Below are positions 33,778-46,383 of a stretch of 64,000 nucleotides of DNA, piece after piece. A program made the position numbers and the translations under genes. Location: NCBI GenBank assembly GCA_023920165.1, contig CP089280.1, forward strand, positions 744,001-808,000, read 5' to 3'. This stretch comes from Curvularia clavata. Its lineage: Eukaryota. Below the pieces are notes generated by a model. It was not told the DNA's origin, ran no database searches, and saw only the letters and a program-made list of their open reading frames with translations. Each line of letters starts with the position of its first letter. Position 1 is the stretch's first letter.

Positions 33778-35772
33778 CTAGTTGTGAGAAAGGCCACCCC
33801 TTCCTCTCCCTCTTCCACCTCTCCCTCGCCCACGACCTTGTCTCTGGCCCCGATTCTGTTCCCTTGGCGGAACCTCACCTCTATTCCAGCGATCCCCTTC
33901 TTCGCGAAGATCTATCCAGCGTTCGTCCAACCCTTTAGCGCGTGCTGCTTCTCTCCGCTTTGGGCTGGCCGAACCAGTCGTTACGCTATCCTGCACCAAC
34001 AACTGCATGCCTACACTCTCATCGGCGCCCTGCTCGTACATACCGAGTGCGAGTACTTCGCCTTTCGGGTTGTACGAAGCCCGAGGGTCGATGGTGCCGC
34101 TATCGCGGAAGTGAGTGATTGAGCGTGAAAGCATGGGATCGGGATGTGGATCCGCGATGCCGTGGAAAGTAAGGCTCTGGACTGCGCCTTCAAGACCGGC
34201 GTAGAGGTTCTGCGATGTGGGTGAAGGGATGGAAAGACTATAGACGGGAGAGTCTTCTCGGACACGCGAGTAGTCTTGTCGATAGGCGCTGCGTGGTGGA
34301 GGGATGCGCGGATTGAGGTATAGGTTCCATCCGCCGCTGATCGTCGGTAGTTTGTTCTTGCTCTCATCAACGATAGTGTTAGTTGCGGAGTCTCGTGTTC
34401 TCGCAGGCTTCTTTCCGTTGGACGACGGCAATGTGATGGTATGGTATGCGTGCGATCCAGAAAGTCGCAAATCAAAGACCTTGATCATGCTGTGCAAGGC
34501 GACTCCTGCCACCACACGGTCCATGCCTTGGGCAGCGAGTGAGTATATTGGTGAATCATTGGTTGGATCCCAGTAAATTTGCTCGAAGCCCCGTGGTGAA
34601 CGCATGTCATGCAGCCGGATGAGACCGTCATAGCTACCGGAGAGAAAAGTGTTGCCTTCTGGGCCGCCATGGGCTGCGCTGGGAATAGGCAATATTGGAT
34701 ACACTGAAGTAGGACGAGAGGTTGATGCACTGTCAGTGGCAGTAGTAAAACTGCGAAGAGGCACAGGCATGAAGCCATCAGGGCCGATATGATATACCTC
34801 GATTGGCTCTACATTTGGCCCCCAGCCAACTGCGACTTTGTCATTGGATAGGAACTGGCAAGACCATAACCGACCAAGTCGTGCACTCGCCACGGTTGTC
34901 TTGACTTGTGAGGCGGGTTTGATCTTTTCATGTGATGTGTAGTCACGGTCTAAAGCATACAATGCTAGTGACGAGTCTGCTAGCGCAGCGGCCACCATCG
35001 GCGCGCTTGATGAGGATAATGAGAGATCATTTATGCCTCTCCGACTAGTGTCGTATTGTTGCAACAATGTCTCTTCCATATCAGGATTAACACTGAGCAG
35101 AGACAGCTCACCCGATGCAGTTCCAAAAACAATATCTTCATAAGCTAGGTCCCGCTGATGAGGTCGCAGCAGCCTCAACTGCGTGATATCATCGCGACCT
35201 TCAAAGCTTTCAGGGATTCTGTATGTGAACCACGTGTTCAAATGCTTAAAACTGTCGTAAGCCCAAGTCTGGTCAGGCACCTCTCCTGCATCTTCTTCGC
35301 GCTGTCTGATCTTTTCGATGCTTGCACCCGTTTCTTTCGTTCTCAAGACGATCTGGGTGCCGGCAGACCATGCCAGTACTTCTCGTCGTTCTTCCCACCC
35401 ACCGTATATCTCTTCATAGCTGTCGATGCTAGGCTGGTAACCCATAGTCTGGCCTTGCGGGCCTCTCCATGTCTCGGGCCGCCACGTGTTGAGACTTGTT
35501 ACTTGTTCAGTGGGCTCCAAATATTTTGCGACGAAGCCTTTGCGGTCCCAGTTGCGATGCAGAGTGGTTAGCCCGTGAACAGAGTCGCGAGCATCTGAGT
35601 CCAGCCCGCGAATCCCAAACCGGCCTTTGAGAAAAGCCTTGAATCCGTCAAGCTTCCCAAAGTCGCTCAGACGACGGCTCGCCAGGGAGAGATTGAGAAC
35701 ATCTTGGGGGCGTTCGAGATGTCTTGTGATAAGCGAGAGGATCTCGTTTGGTAATGTATTGAGCGTTGTCAT
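33778..35772 (-). CDS. F-box protein with WD40-like beta-propeller region and RG-rich tail, 664 aa
   Basis: N-terminal F-box pattern LNTLPNEILSLITRHL...LNLSLASRRL, WD-like segments FLSGSYDGLIRLHDMR and MIKVFDLR, C-terminal RGRGRGGRGRGRGG. Confidence 0.82.
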   Translation of the reverse strand: MTTLNTLPNEILSLITRHLERPQDVLNLSLASRRLSDFGKLDGFKAFLKGRFGIRGLDSDARDSVHGLTTLHRNWDRKGFVAKYLEPTEQVTSLNTWRPETWRGPQGQTMGYQPSIDSYEEIYGGWEERREVLAWSAGTQIVLRTKETGASIEKIRQREEDAGEVPDQTWAYDSFKHLNTWFTYRIPESFEGRDDITQLRLLRPHQRDLAYEDIVFGTASGELSLLSVNPDMEETLLQQYDTSRRGINDLSLSSSSAPMVAAALADSSLALYALDRDYTSHEKIKPASQVKTTVASARLGRLWSCQFLSNDKVAVGWGPNVEPIEVYHIGPDGFMPVPLRSFTTATDSASTSRPTSVYPILPIPSAAHGGPEGNTFLSGSYDGLIRLHDMRSPRGFEQIYWDPTNDSPIYSLAAQGMDRVVAGVALHSMIKVFDLRLSGSHAYHTITLPSSNGKKPARTRDSATNTIVDESKNKLPTISGGWNLYLNPRIPPPRSAYRQDYSRVREDSPVYSLSIPSPTSQNLYAGLEGAVQSLTFHGIADPHPDPMLSRSITHFRDSGTIDPRASYNPKGEVLALGMYEQGADESVGMQLLVQDSVTTGSASPKRREAARAKGLDERWIDLREEGDRWNRGEVPPREQNRGQRQGRGRGRGGRGRGRGGLSHN

Positions 35773-36738
35773 GATAGCGTAGGTAAGTCTACCACCATTT
35801 CTAGCAGACTAGATAGTGGTTCTTCAAGAAAAAAAAGTAGTGATGCTTTTTATAAAGGGATACCCAGGCCTTGTAATAACCTCCTGGGGTTGGTGAAGAG
35901 CATGGCTGGTGGTGGTTTGTTGTTCCGGGCAAGATGACGACAGGCGTCGCTTAGCGGCGTTGGTACCAGGCAGTCGCGAGTGAGTCACGGGCCAGCACGA
36001 GGAGCAAGTCGTCACTCTGACTCCTCTTCCCTACACGTTTCAAGCCCACGCCGGATTGCCCACTGGAGCTCGCAGCATCAACGTCGTCGCCAGGATCAGA
36101 TCCAACTTCAGCCTCAGCTCCAGCACTACGGTAGCACCAGCAGCGACCTACGGTACGGCAAATGACTCCCGGCTGTGGTTCCCCCTGGTGGCCATGCCAT
36201 GCCTCAATTAGCCGTCGGGTCACCCCCCAGCAGGGTAAGACAGAAGTACCCTAGCTGCCACGCCACGCTATCAGCCGTAACCGATTAACGCGTCCCTGGC
36301 ATTAAGACGCGCCATGCAGCCGCCCGTGACGGGCATCACGGCCATGCATATGTTTGTGAGCAGGTCGAGGCCATGTCGTCCTCACGCATTCGCCAAGCTT
36401 CCCCTATGCATTTCTTGCGTTGCCTCTCGAGAAACGCTGCAACCCCGCACTGAAACGGCCAGCGCTCCTCTGTCGGTCCACCTCTATCAGGCCTTATCCT
36501 TTCCTCTGTTTCGAGCAATCAGCATCCGCGGACCTGGTGCTGACCCTTAAGACCACGCCCAATGACAACCGTTTGCAAGTGCCAACCTTAACCCCTACGG
36601 CCCGTGAGAACCCCTTCTCCCAGCCTTTGCGCATGTTGGTTATCAGTCGCAAACACCTCTGCCACTCACACTCGTGTTCGTTTGGACTAGATTGGTTGTG
36701 ATACTTCTGCCACGCAACGCTGCCAGGTCACATCAGCC

Positions 36739-38604
36739 ATGGCCGACGAGAAAAGGGTCTTCGCATTGGTTGGCACCATCGGAGCACTACGCGAACGACT
36801 TCGACGGGACATTGACAGCTTGCGCCAGATTCACAACCGCCGCAAGGACAACAGTGAATCGTCTATCAATCTCCTTGCCCAACTGACAGCCTTGAAATCT
36901 ACCTTCGGAAACATCCAGGACTGGCTAAACAGTGCCGGCAATGATCTACACCCCCAACTGCTTACTGACCTGGACGTACTTGTTCGATCATCCGATGAGC
37001 TTGCACGCCATGTGAGCGCACTCATTAGGACCTTTCAGCGATCGGACCCCAGTGCCGTTGATTTTGCAGCCAGGCTAAAGCATGCACTTGCTGGTAGGAC
37101 CATGAGTCGACTGCAGACAGTTGCACAGCGCCAAAACGATGCTGTAAATCTACTTCTTGCAGCATGTCATTGGTAAGTAGCTCAGCGTAAGCTTCTGCAC
37201 CTCAGATGACTGACAAGTAATAGCACGGCTCAGGCACAGCGCAAGATTTTACTCCACAAGAGTCGCCAGATTAGGCGGGAAGACGCCGCAAATCTCAAGC
37301 TACTCTCGCAGTCTTCAAGATGGAATAGTGGCTGCATTGCAGGACTTGCGCACCTATCGAGTCTCGTCCAATGGCTGATGCTCATCTTCAACAAGCAGCA
37401 ATCTCGAAGTCCACTCGACAGAAACGTTTCGCCTAGCGATGCAGATTATGAGCATGTTGAAGCAATGAATCGATCCGAAGCAATCGATCGTGCGCTGCAA
37501 AGAGAAGCCACTAATCTTCGTCACGAGACAAAGCTCGTCCTCGTAGGGAAAACCAACAGTGGCAAAGATCTCTTAATGCACCAACTGAAGATGCTGTACG
37601 CAGAAGGCCACCTGTCAACCAACGAACGCATCAAATACCGGCACCAAATCTACCAAGTGGTCTACTCTCTCATGCACTCGATCAGCCACCTCCTCACAGA
37701 TACCGGTGTTTCCCTCCCTCCTGCGCTCAGCCATGATTTTGCTACGTTACTGCACGAACTGGACGCTGGTAATGAAGGCATTACACCGGACGCGGTCAAA
37801 GCATTTGATCATATCTGGTCCAGCCCTCAATTTTCCAAGCTTTACGACCACAATTTCGAGATTGAATTCCCGCAATACACCCCGTATTTTGCGCAGGAAG
37901 TCGCCCGTATAGCTGAGAAAGACTATGTTCCCACAGAAGCGGATATCATTCGCTTGAACCAATCTATGCGTGGCGTCAAAGAGCTGCGCTTCAACTGGGA
38001 CGAACTTGACATACATCTGTTCAATATTAGAGAGGGCCTTCCTGACCAGTTCCGAGAGCGCTGGTTTCATCAGCTTGAGGGAGCGACCGCGCTCATGTAT
38101 ACTATCGACGTATCTCTGTATGATAAGCCCAATCCTAACCGACCGAACGAGTCGCTTTTATGGGAAGAGATTGAGAGCTTTGGGAGCTGGATCAGTCAGC
38201 CCGGATTTTCATCCTCTTCGGTTATTCTCATACTTAACAACTACACCCGTTTCATCAGAAAGATGGCACACTCGCCTTTGGAGAAGTTCTTCCCAGACTA
38301 CTCGCCGAGTAAAAGCGAACCCGAAACATCGGTCAGGCAGTATATTGTGCGCCAGCTCAAATCCGTCAACCGCCAAAGCCTGTTCTTCTACTCCTTCTGG
38401 GTCGACCTCGATACCAGTGATAACAGACAGCTATACTCTGCGCTCAAGACAACACTGTCGCAGATACAAGAACGAAGGATCCAAGAAGAAACTTGGTACG
38501 CGAGCCGTCCGGCTCCAGACTCGGATTCACCTCCAAAAAGCAGCTTGTCCAACGTCATTCGGACATATAGCCAGAAGAAGAAAGAAATAAATGAGTTGAA
38601 CTGA
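36739..38604 (+). CDS. Fusion of a fungal HeLo-like N-terminal helical domain and a degenerate heterotrimeric G-alpha domain, 604 aa; exons 36739-37172 and 37224-38604
   Basis: Intron 37173-37223 (GTAAGT..ACTGAC..TAG) joins the two track ORFs in frame (434+1381=1815 nt). G-alpha hallmarks are present (RSEAIDRALQRE, KLVLVG...SGK, DYVPTEADII, ERWFHQLEG, SSVILILN), but the G boxes are altered. Confidence 0.85.
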
Positions 38605-40346
38605 TTGGGTCGATTGACATTAGTGTCAATCAATTGAAGGCGTTCTGGTTTTCCGGCATTTGAAGCCCATGGCGTTTGTGAATACGAAGATACCATGGCG
38701 ACGGGTCGGCGTTCTTGCGGAGATGGGCGTCACCGTGGCGTATATTTCGCCCCAGCCGAACGGGTCGGTACAAGCGATGGTTGCATCAGATACTTGATAC
38801 TGCCACTGCATATAGCCCCGGACGATTTGTCAATGTTTACTAGTAATCTATATCTGCCTTGTCACACCCTGCTCGCGAGCACTACGCTTTCCAACAGATC
38901 TCCGCGTTTCGGGCGAGATGCAATTGCCGAGCGGAGGTCTGCTGCTTTACATCTTGGTCCATTTGCCCATGATTGGGTGAGAGCTGAGCAGCATTGTCCA
39001 TTTTATATTTGTACCCACGCCTCCACCCTTTTCCCCACAAGTTCAAGAAGTCGATACGATCTATCTTGGCATTGCTAAATTCGAAGCCAGATTATTCATT
39101 TGCGACCCATATGCTTGTGTTGGACAGGACGCGTGTCCTATGCTCACACAACAGCGTGTTAAGCCTCTTGCTTAGAACTTGTTGATTCCTCGCGCGTTGA
39201 CCGCTATTTGACAAGACCAATCGTTACCCAAGGCAGCAAAACTCGTCTCGAGTGTGTAGCACTTTTCCGACGGCAGCGTCTCGACAGTCTGGACTGCAGA
39301 GGAGTTCTAAATTTGGACCAGTTGATTAGATGGGGATTACCAACTATGATGTCGGAACTTTAACTCCGCGATGGTTACTAAGACCACTTTTGTGGCAAAG
39401 TGGAAAGACAAAGAACAAAACAAACCATACCACACCACACTACCTCAGATATTTGGACGAGTTACGTACAGCTTGGTCAATCTGGTAATTGAGAAAGTGG
39501 TATGAGATTTCGTGTTGTCCCTGCTTACGCATCATCTAGTGCCCCTACTAGGATGTGCTAGTGGCTGACGGCCTTAGACCGCCACATGCATAGCCTCTTT
39601 CGAGCCCAACGTTTCTGCTTGACTACTGTACGAACTGTTTCAATGTGCTCCTTAAAATCGCCCTGACTCATTTGACAAATCCGATCTGTCGTCATTGCTG
39701 CATAGGCGGCATGTCGAGTCCTGCGGCTGGCGAGATGCTCCACGTCACCAGCCATTGCTTCGCCCTGTTCACGTGGACATTCTTTCATGGCGGAACATGA
39801 CCGGATCGCTCTTCCGAGATGATTCAGCCATCTGGGATCTCAGCTTGAGCTGCCTAGCGCACGATGGACAGAAGTAAGTAATCACGAGAGCGGTGACTGC
39901 TTGAGCGGCTGAGCGGCTTTGAATCGGCATTCGGCGTCAAAGATGACTTTCCAAAGATGACTAAGACTCCAAGAAATGTGCATTGCGATTCTCAAGTCTC
40001 TGGCGGTCACATCTCACTGCTTTGCAGCAAGATTAAGGTTAAGGTTGACGGCGGCAGGATCTACCTATGCATTGCTGGCTTCCGTCGGCCACTTGCTCCT
40101 ACTTCTATTTTGGTGATGTTTAATAAGCGGTGCCTAGAAAAGGTCTGGTGGTAGAGACAAGCTGCGAGTCTCGTTTCGCTTAGCAACGCGGCCCCCAGTG
40201 TCGAGCCAGGGGAGTCTTCACTGATCGAATGTAACCTTGCCACATATGATTAGGGATAGATCAGCCGCTCAAAAGCAGGTCCATTTCAGCACTCTTTGTG
40301 CATATCATTTCCATACTCTGGTCCCCCATACGTACCTGCTGGCGCC

Positions 40347-41178
40347 ATGGATCTCCCTAATACCACACTACCGACACCGTCCTCGCAAAGATATCGACAA
40401 AAGTCCAGGCAGCCAGGAGAGAGTTCAGACCCAGCCGTGAAACCAAAGAAGGTCAACAGCGAGATCCGGAAGCAACAGAACAGAATCGCTTCGCGCAACT
40501 ACCGTGCGTCACATCCAAGAACTACTTTTCGTGTTCCTTCTGACTCGACGTTGTACAGGTGAAAAGCGTAAACGAAAGCTGCAGTACCTTCAGCAGTTGA
40601 TCAGCGATGATACAGATGATCAGAGCAAGCAACCTTCTCCTGAGCAACAAGACGTGTATGCGCCTTCCCACGCGCCAGACCACAGTATCGCAGGACCAAG
40701 TCTATCACCTTACCGAACACCAGCCAACAGCGACCTCAGCTCTGTGAACGCCAGGAGAAAGACTTCACATAATCTTATTGCACCAGCCACTACCACGTCT
40801 TTCAATAGTCACCATGTTCCCACATCGCACGCTTATGGGGCATATCCTTCAAACTGGAGTGCGCATCCCTACTCTCCACCTCCGCCTCCTCCAGCGAATC
40901 CTGCTTGGAACATCTCATCTGCCTGGACGCTGGGATTCGAGCACACTGTACAGCCCGCTCAACACTCAATGTACCAATATAGCCCTGAGCCTCCAGCACC
41001 CGTAACGTATAATCAAGCACAGAATCTATCGCACCAGCCACATGAATACCTCTCCAACACATATCTGTATGGCTATGGTTCGCAACCCGGGTCTCAACAC
41101 CAGGTAACGCACAATCCGCATGTGAGTTTGCCTACCTCCGCGCCTGATTATCCGCGATATCACCCTAGACCGCACTGA
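40347..41178 (+). CDS. bZIP-like transcription factor; exons 40347-40503 and 40559-41178
   Basis: Intron GTGCGT..CTGAC..CAG joins the basic region RKQQNRIASRNYREKRKRKLQYLQQLI to a P/S/Y-rich C-terminus. A further intron (donor 41104 or 41122, acceptor 41244) could change the C-terminus. Confidence 0.82.
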
Positions 41179-43825
41179 GGTTCGCAACATACCCACCTGC
41201 GGGAAAATCGGCGCAGGAAACGCGCGTGCTGACAGACTGACCAGTTTCTGATTGGATATGAACCCTCCACGTTCGAACGATTCGTTTCCATCTGAAACCC
41301 AACAGCTCGCCTTGTTTATCATGGGCACCCTCAGCCACAAACAAAAAAAGAAGGATCGAACTTTTGAGATTATGCGCTATCTTTGCCCTACCATCTGAGA
41401 TTGAAAGCACGCGCACGAGTCAGGCAAGCATTGTCCTGAAAGGCTATGAATACGGGGGCTGTGCGGATACGGTTACACTCAGCTGGAAACTATGCAGCGC
41501 CTCGGCATCAGCCCACGTCCCCCCGGAAAGAGAGAGAGAGAAAGAGAGAAAGAGAAGTCTCCACCACGACATGTTTCATACAACCCCCTACAACGAGTAT
41601 CTTACTCCTTCAAGCATTCGTGGACGCGCACTACCCACAACTTGCTTACGCCAAGAACCATGCTGTGGATTTAAGCAACCCGCACCACGATATGCAAGGC
41701 ATCGCCTTCCGCGACAGGGCCACGTAGGTCTGTGAGCCAGGGCGCTACTTTTCAAACATGTGTGATCTTCTGGGGATATGCCAAAAATTCCGGGGAAACT
41801 GCCGATCATACACATTCTTGGCAAAGCAAAGAGCCTAGAACCTTTGCGAATGTGCGGGAGCGAGAGAGGAGCTGAGGTTGTTAAGGCCCCAAGAGGGAGT
41901 TAACCTAGCAAGATATTCCTGACGTCAGCTGACCCCACTCTTTTCCACTGGTCACTTGGTCTTGCTAGCTAAACAGAAGACTGCTTTGCTACTTGTTTGT
42001 TCTTACCGCTGCTCCCCGCTCAAAAAAAAAGTCTCGGCGACGTGTGGTCTTGCTACATGTGCTTTGCGGCTTCCAGCCGTGGCTCACCTTGCGGCCGATG
42101 ACTACGCCCAACTCTACTTTTGTCTTACTTCTCCGCGGCAAAAGACCTTGGACCGTAACCCCCCTCCCTCACCGTACAAAGAAAGTTGCAGTCATACATT
42201 CAAGCTATGCACGAGTAGTCGTAATCCACTGCAGATGTTAAACCAAGGCCAACCTTTGATCGACACGACCCAAGGACCTGAATGGGGGGCCCTATCTCGC
42301 ATGTGCATCATCCCAGCGACTTGGTACGCACACAGACACTGTGCAACATGCAGTCTTGCCTAGACCTTTTCAGTGGCTACTTGCATAGCAGATGTTTCAG
42401 GATCTTCCGTAGCTGAACGGTCAGATACACGCGTTTTGTTTTTGTTTGTTCTCAGTAAGCTAGGGTCAAACAGCCGCGCTGGAGTCCCGTGGACTTGACC
42501 CCTCTTTTTCTCAAGTAGCTGAATGGCTTCGGCTTACTATGGTCCGAGAGGGATGTTGTGCTAGGGCTTATAAGGGGAAGTAGGTAGAGGGATCGGGGTA
42601 GTGGTGTGGCCGAGGCTAAAAGGGCTGAGGTGATAAATAGCCTGTTTGGTTATCATGTTGAAGGTTTAAGTGGGTGTGAGAGTAGCTTAGTGTTATTTTC
42701 GGATACTTGTGCGTCGGAGATGTAAACTTGGTGTGAAGAGACAATAGGTACTTGCTTTCTGCATTAGACAGTAGAACATAGTAGAGAGAATGGAGTGCAA
42801 AAATAACACTATAATACTATTTTGATAGGTCCAGTAAATGCCGTATATGCCCAAGCGCATGGGACTGTTGAGAGACATGAATAGCTATGATCACAAACGT
42901 GCCAAACCCCCCTTGCCCCCGTCTTATTCCCTACAAACCGTTGTGTCAAGCACATTTCTCTATTATTCATTTTCCAGAAGCGCAGACAGCTTCTCTTCTC
43001 ATATGTACTTAGCAGGTACCGCAAACACCCCCTTCACACATCCCTTCGCCCGAGTCCATTGTTGATATTCATACCCTCTCTCTTCAACACCCCACCCTAA
43101 TCCATTCTGAGCAACTTGTCTAGAGCGACGTGGCAGCACTCAAGCAGATGCTCACTTGAACTAGTCTCTTGGTTTGGTGGAGAAATCGCGGTGAGAACAT
43201 ACCTACATGAAACGTCTAGTGATTGATTCAGCTGATGATATGCATTCAGCTTATACGAATGACGCAGCGATATATATCTAGTGTCTTGATTCTCTTGGCC
43301 GTGAGATATAATTACTTACTGATCATGACTATTCGTTATGTGCATGTGTTGATGTCATACGGAAAGCTTCTGTGTAGCATGTAGCATAGAAGCGTGTAGC
43401 TGGCACAAGGGGGTTAACAAGTAAAGATGAAAGGGCTTTGAAGAATGCTTGAACAAGCAGACTTGAGAACATATACGCATTCGCCTGTATTGAATTTCGA
43501 TTATGGTCAACATCGAGCTATCATCACTACCAAACACAAGTATGACACCCAATTTCATCACTTTCACACACCCAAACATGCACAATTTGCCGAAGCATAT
43601 TTCTTCAATCTTAGTAACTTAACAAGAGCTACTATGTGGGGGTTTTCTCTTATAAAAAACCAACTGTTGTACAAAAAAAGTGCGAAAAAGACAATTCGTA
43701 ACCCTTTCAAATGAGGAAAGGAGAGGGAGGAGGGCTGAAATGAAACGCCATTTCACGCCTTTGTTATGCATACATATGCTAAAATGCGCATTTTACTACG
43801 TCCTCTTCCTCATCATCAACAATGC

Positions 43826-46383
43826 TTATGCAGGTAGTGGCGGACCCGGCGGGCCGGATCCGTCTCCACCATCGCCTCTTGGTGGAGGCAATATGGCAGT
43901 CGGAAGAGGATTATCTGGTATCTTGATGGGTGAGTTTGGCATGGCCTTCAATCGGCCAGGAAGATCCTCGCCCTTGATGACCTTGAGGATCTCTTGTTTG
44001 TCCAATGTTTCGTATTGGACAAGTGCGTCTGCTAACCGGTCAAGCTCGACACGTTTAGACTTGAGCAGCTCTCTCGCGCTCGACTTGGCTTCATCTATCA
44101 AGCGCCGCACTTCGTCGTCGATGAGTCGCTTTGTCTCAGGAGACACCATTTCGTAGTTGGACTTGAAATCGACATTGCCAAGCTTGTCCGAAAAACCACA
44201 TGCAGTAACCATGTTGTACGCGAGCGAGGTAGCTTGTTGGATATCACCGGAGGCGCCGTCTGCTACGTTGTCGGGACCGAAAACGATTTCCTCTGCCATC
44301 TTACCGCCCATGGATACTTGCAGCTGGCGGATGTACTGCTTGCGGGTGTGGTGATGCTCCTCCTGGGGAAGGAAGAATGTGATACCAGCAGCATGACCTC
44401 TGGGAAGGATAGTCGCCTTGTGAACATCGTTGAAGCCCTTGGTGAAGAGACCTACAAGTGCGTGTCCGCCTTCGTGGTAAGCAGTGTGGATCTTGTCTTG
44501 GAGTGGGATAGTGCGCGTCTTCTTCTCGGAACCCATTGTAATTTTGTCCTTGGCCCATTCCATATCATTGAGAGTGACAAACTTGCCCTGAAGCTTAGAT
44601 GCACGGATAGCGGCCGAGTTTGCAAGGTTCTCCAGTTCGGCTCCAGAGAATCCAGGAGTGCCTCGGGCAATGGTAGAAAGATCAACATCGGGTGACAGAC
44701 GAATCTTCTTGGTGTGGTACTTGAGAATGGCCAATCGTCCACTGACATCAGGAAGCTCAACCTGCACGTGGCGATCGAAACGTCCAGGACGGAGAAGAGC
44801 CTTGTCCAAAAGTTCGGGGTGATTTGTAGCAGCGATGAAGATGACACCAGTGCTTTGGTCGAAACCGTCGAGATCGTTGAGAAGCTGGTTCAGAGTTTGG
44901 CGATGGTAGTTGGCGTCGCGGGACTTTCGCTTTCCTCCAACGGCATCCAGCTCATCAATGAAGACAATGGCAGGTGCCTTGGAACGAGCAGCAGTAAAGA
45001 GTTCGCGGACACGCTTAGCTCCAACACCGACGTAGACTTCATCGAATTCGGATCCAGACATGTAGAAGAAGGGAACACCGGCTTCACCCGCACAAGCACG
45101 AGCAAGCAGAGTTTTACCGGTACCGGGAGGTCCAACCAGGAGGACACCTTTGGGTAGCCTTCCACCAAGCTTGTTGTACTTGTCTGGGTTCTTGAGAAAA
45201 TCGACTACATCCAGGAGTTCTTCTTTGGCCTCGTCGCAACCGTGGACATCGCTGAAACGGGTAGTCTGCTGCTCCGGACGAACCTCGGCAGTAGTACCAC
45301 CGCCAACCTTCTTCAGAACACCGCTTGTCTCGACGAAAAGCGTAATCAAGACCAGAGAAACGTAGGCAGCCAGAGCGAATCCGCAGATCCATCGGACCCA
45401 CTTGAAGATGACGTTCATCAAGGACTCCTCGACAACAACGTAGACAGGATCGGTCTTAACGCCACTGCCGCCCTTGGTTCTCGCAACCTGAGCAGAGTTG
45501 GCGTTGGCACCCAGAGCCTGAGTGATGGCCTGTCGCTTTTCAGGGGAAAGTCCTTCTTGGCTACCAGCCTGCTGTCCAGTCTTGGCCAATGCCTCGTTGT
45601 AGAGCTTATCTACCGCATCGTTTGCGGCGAAGAGTCCTGTGTTGTACCGGTTGATGATGATCTGGGGCATGTTGGCGCGCATGAGTGCCGAATAGAAGCT
45701 AGCCTGAGCCGCAGGGCTGTTAGGATGCTTATTGGCGGCCTGTTCAAGCCTAGCGAGTTGTTCATGCGAGGGTCCACCGAAGAGCGAGCGTTGTTGTACG
45801 AGATTCAATCCGAGCAGTCCGGGCTTCGATAGCTGACGGAGGTGCGAGAGAGGGCCGTTGGAAGAAATAGTAGAATACTGGCGTGCCTTGAGAGAGGCGA
45901 AGGGTGAAGTACGAGCGAAAGGGTTGCATATTCCGACGCGCGATGCTAATGGCAAGTCAGCTATGCCTAGTTCTGAGCATCTTCGCTGTTTCTGACCTGC
46001 AAATAGTGTCGTAGACGGAGTGGCACAAGCGGCAGGCAAAGGAGCAGAATCGGAATGTTCGGGGAGAGCAGTCTGCGTGCGTGACTGTATCCGCATTAGT
46101 ATACTGAACAGGAAGCGATGCATTTGGGCTTGCGCACCTGCGCTCCTCCGACAAAGGCAGATGGAGATGGTCGAGTCGTGTGCATCTGGCGGAGGCCGGC
46201 AGTCATGGGCTTTTGCCCAAGGGCTTGCCGGGAGGATCGCAAGACTGTAGACATGGCAGGCCACAGCTCGGTGGTGACAGAAGCGACGTTCTGGATATTC
46301 TTTGTCAGTCGAGGCTCGATGACGCGATGTCGGGGACCCGTGGCAAAACATACCTGAACCGCGCCGGCCGCGTGGAAGGCCAT
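43826..46383 (-). CDS. YME1: Mitochondrial i-AAA protease Yme1 (FtsH family); exons 46383-46354, 46290-46138, 46084-43826
   Basis: [16 protein letters not shown], Walker A GPPGTGKT, Walker [21 protein letters not shown], zinc motif HEGGH and one TM segment. The spliced N-terminus [32 protein letters not shown] is presequence-like. Confidence 0.95.
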
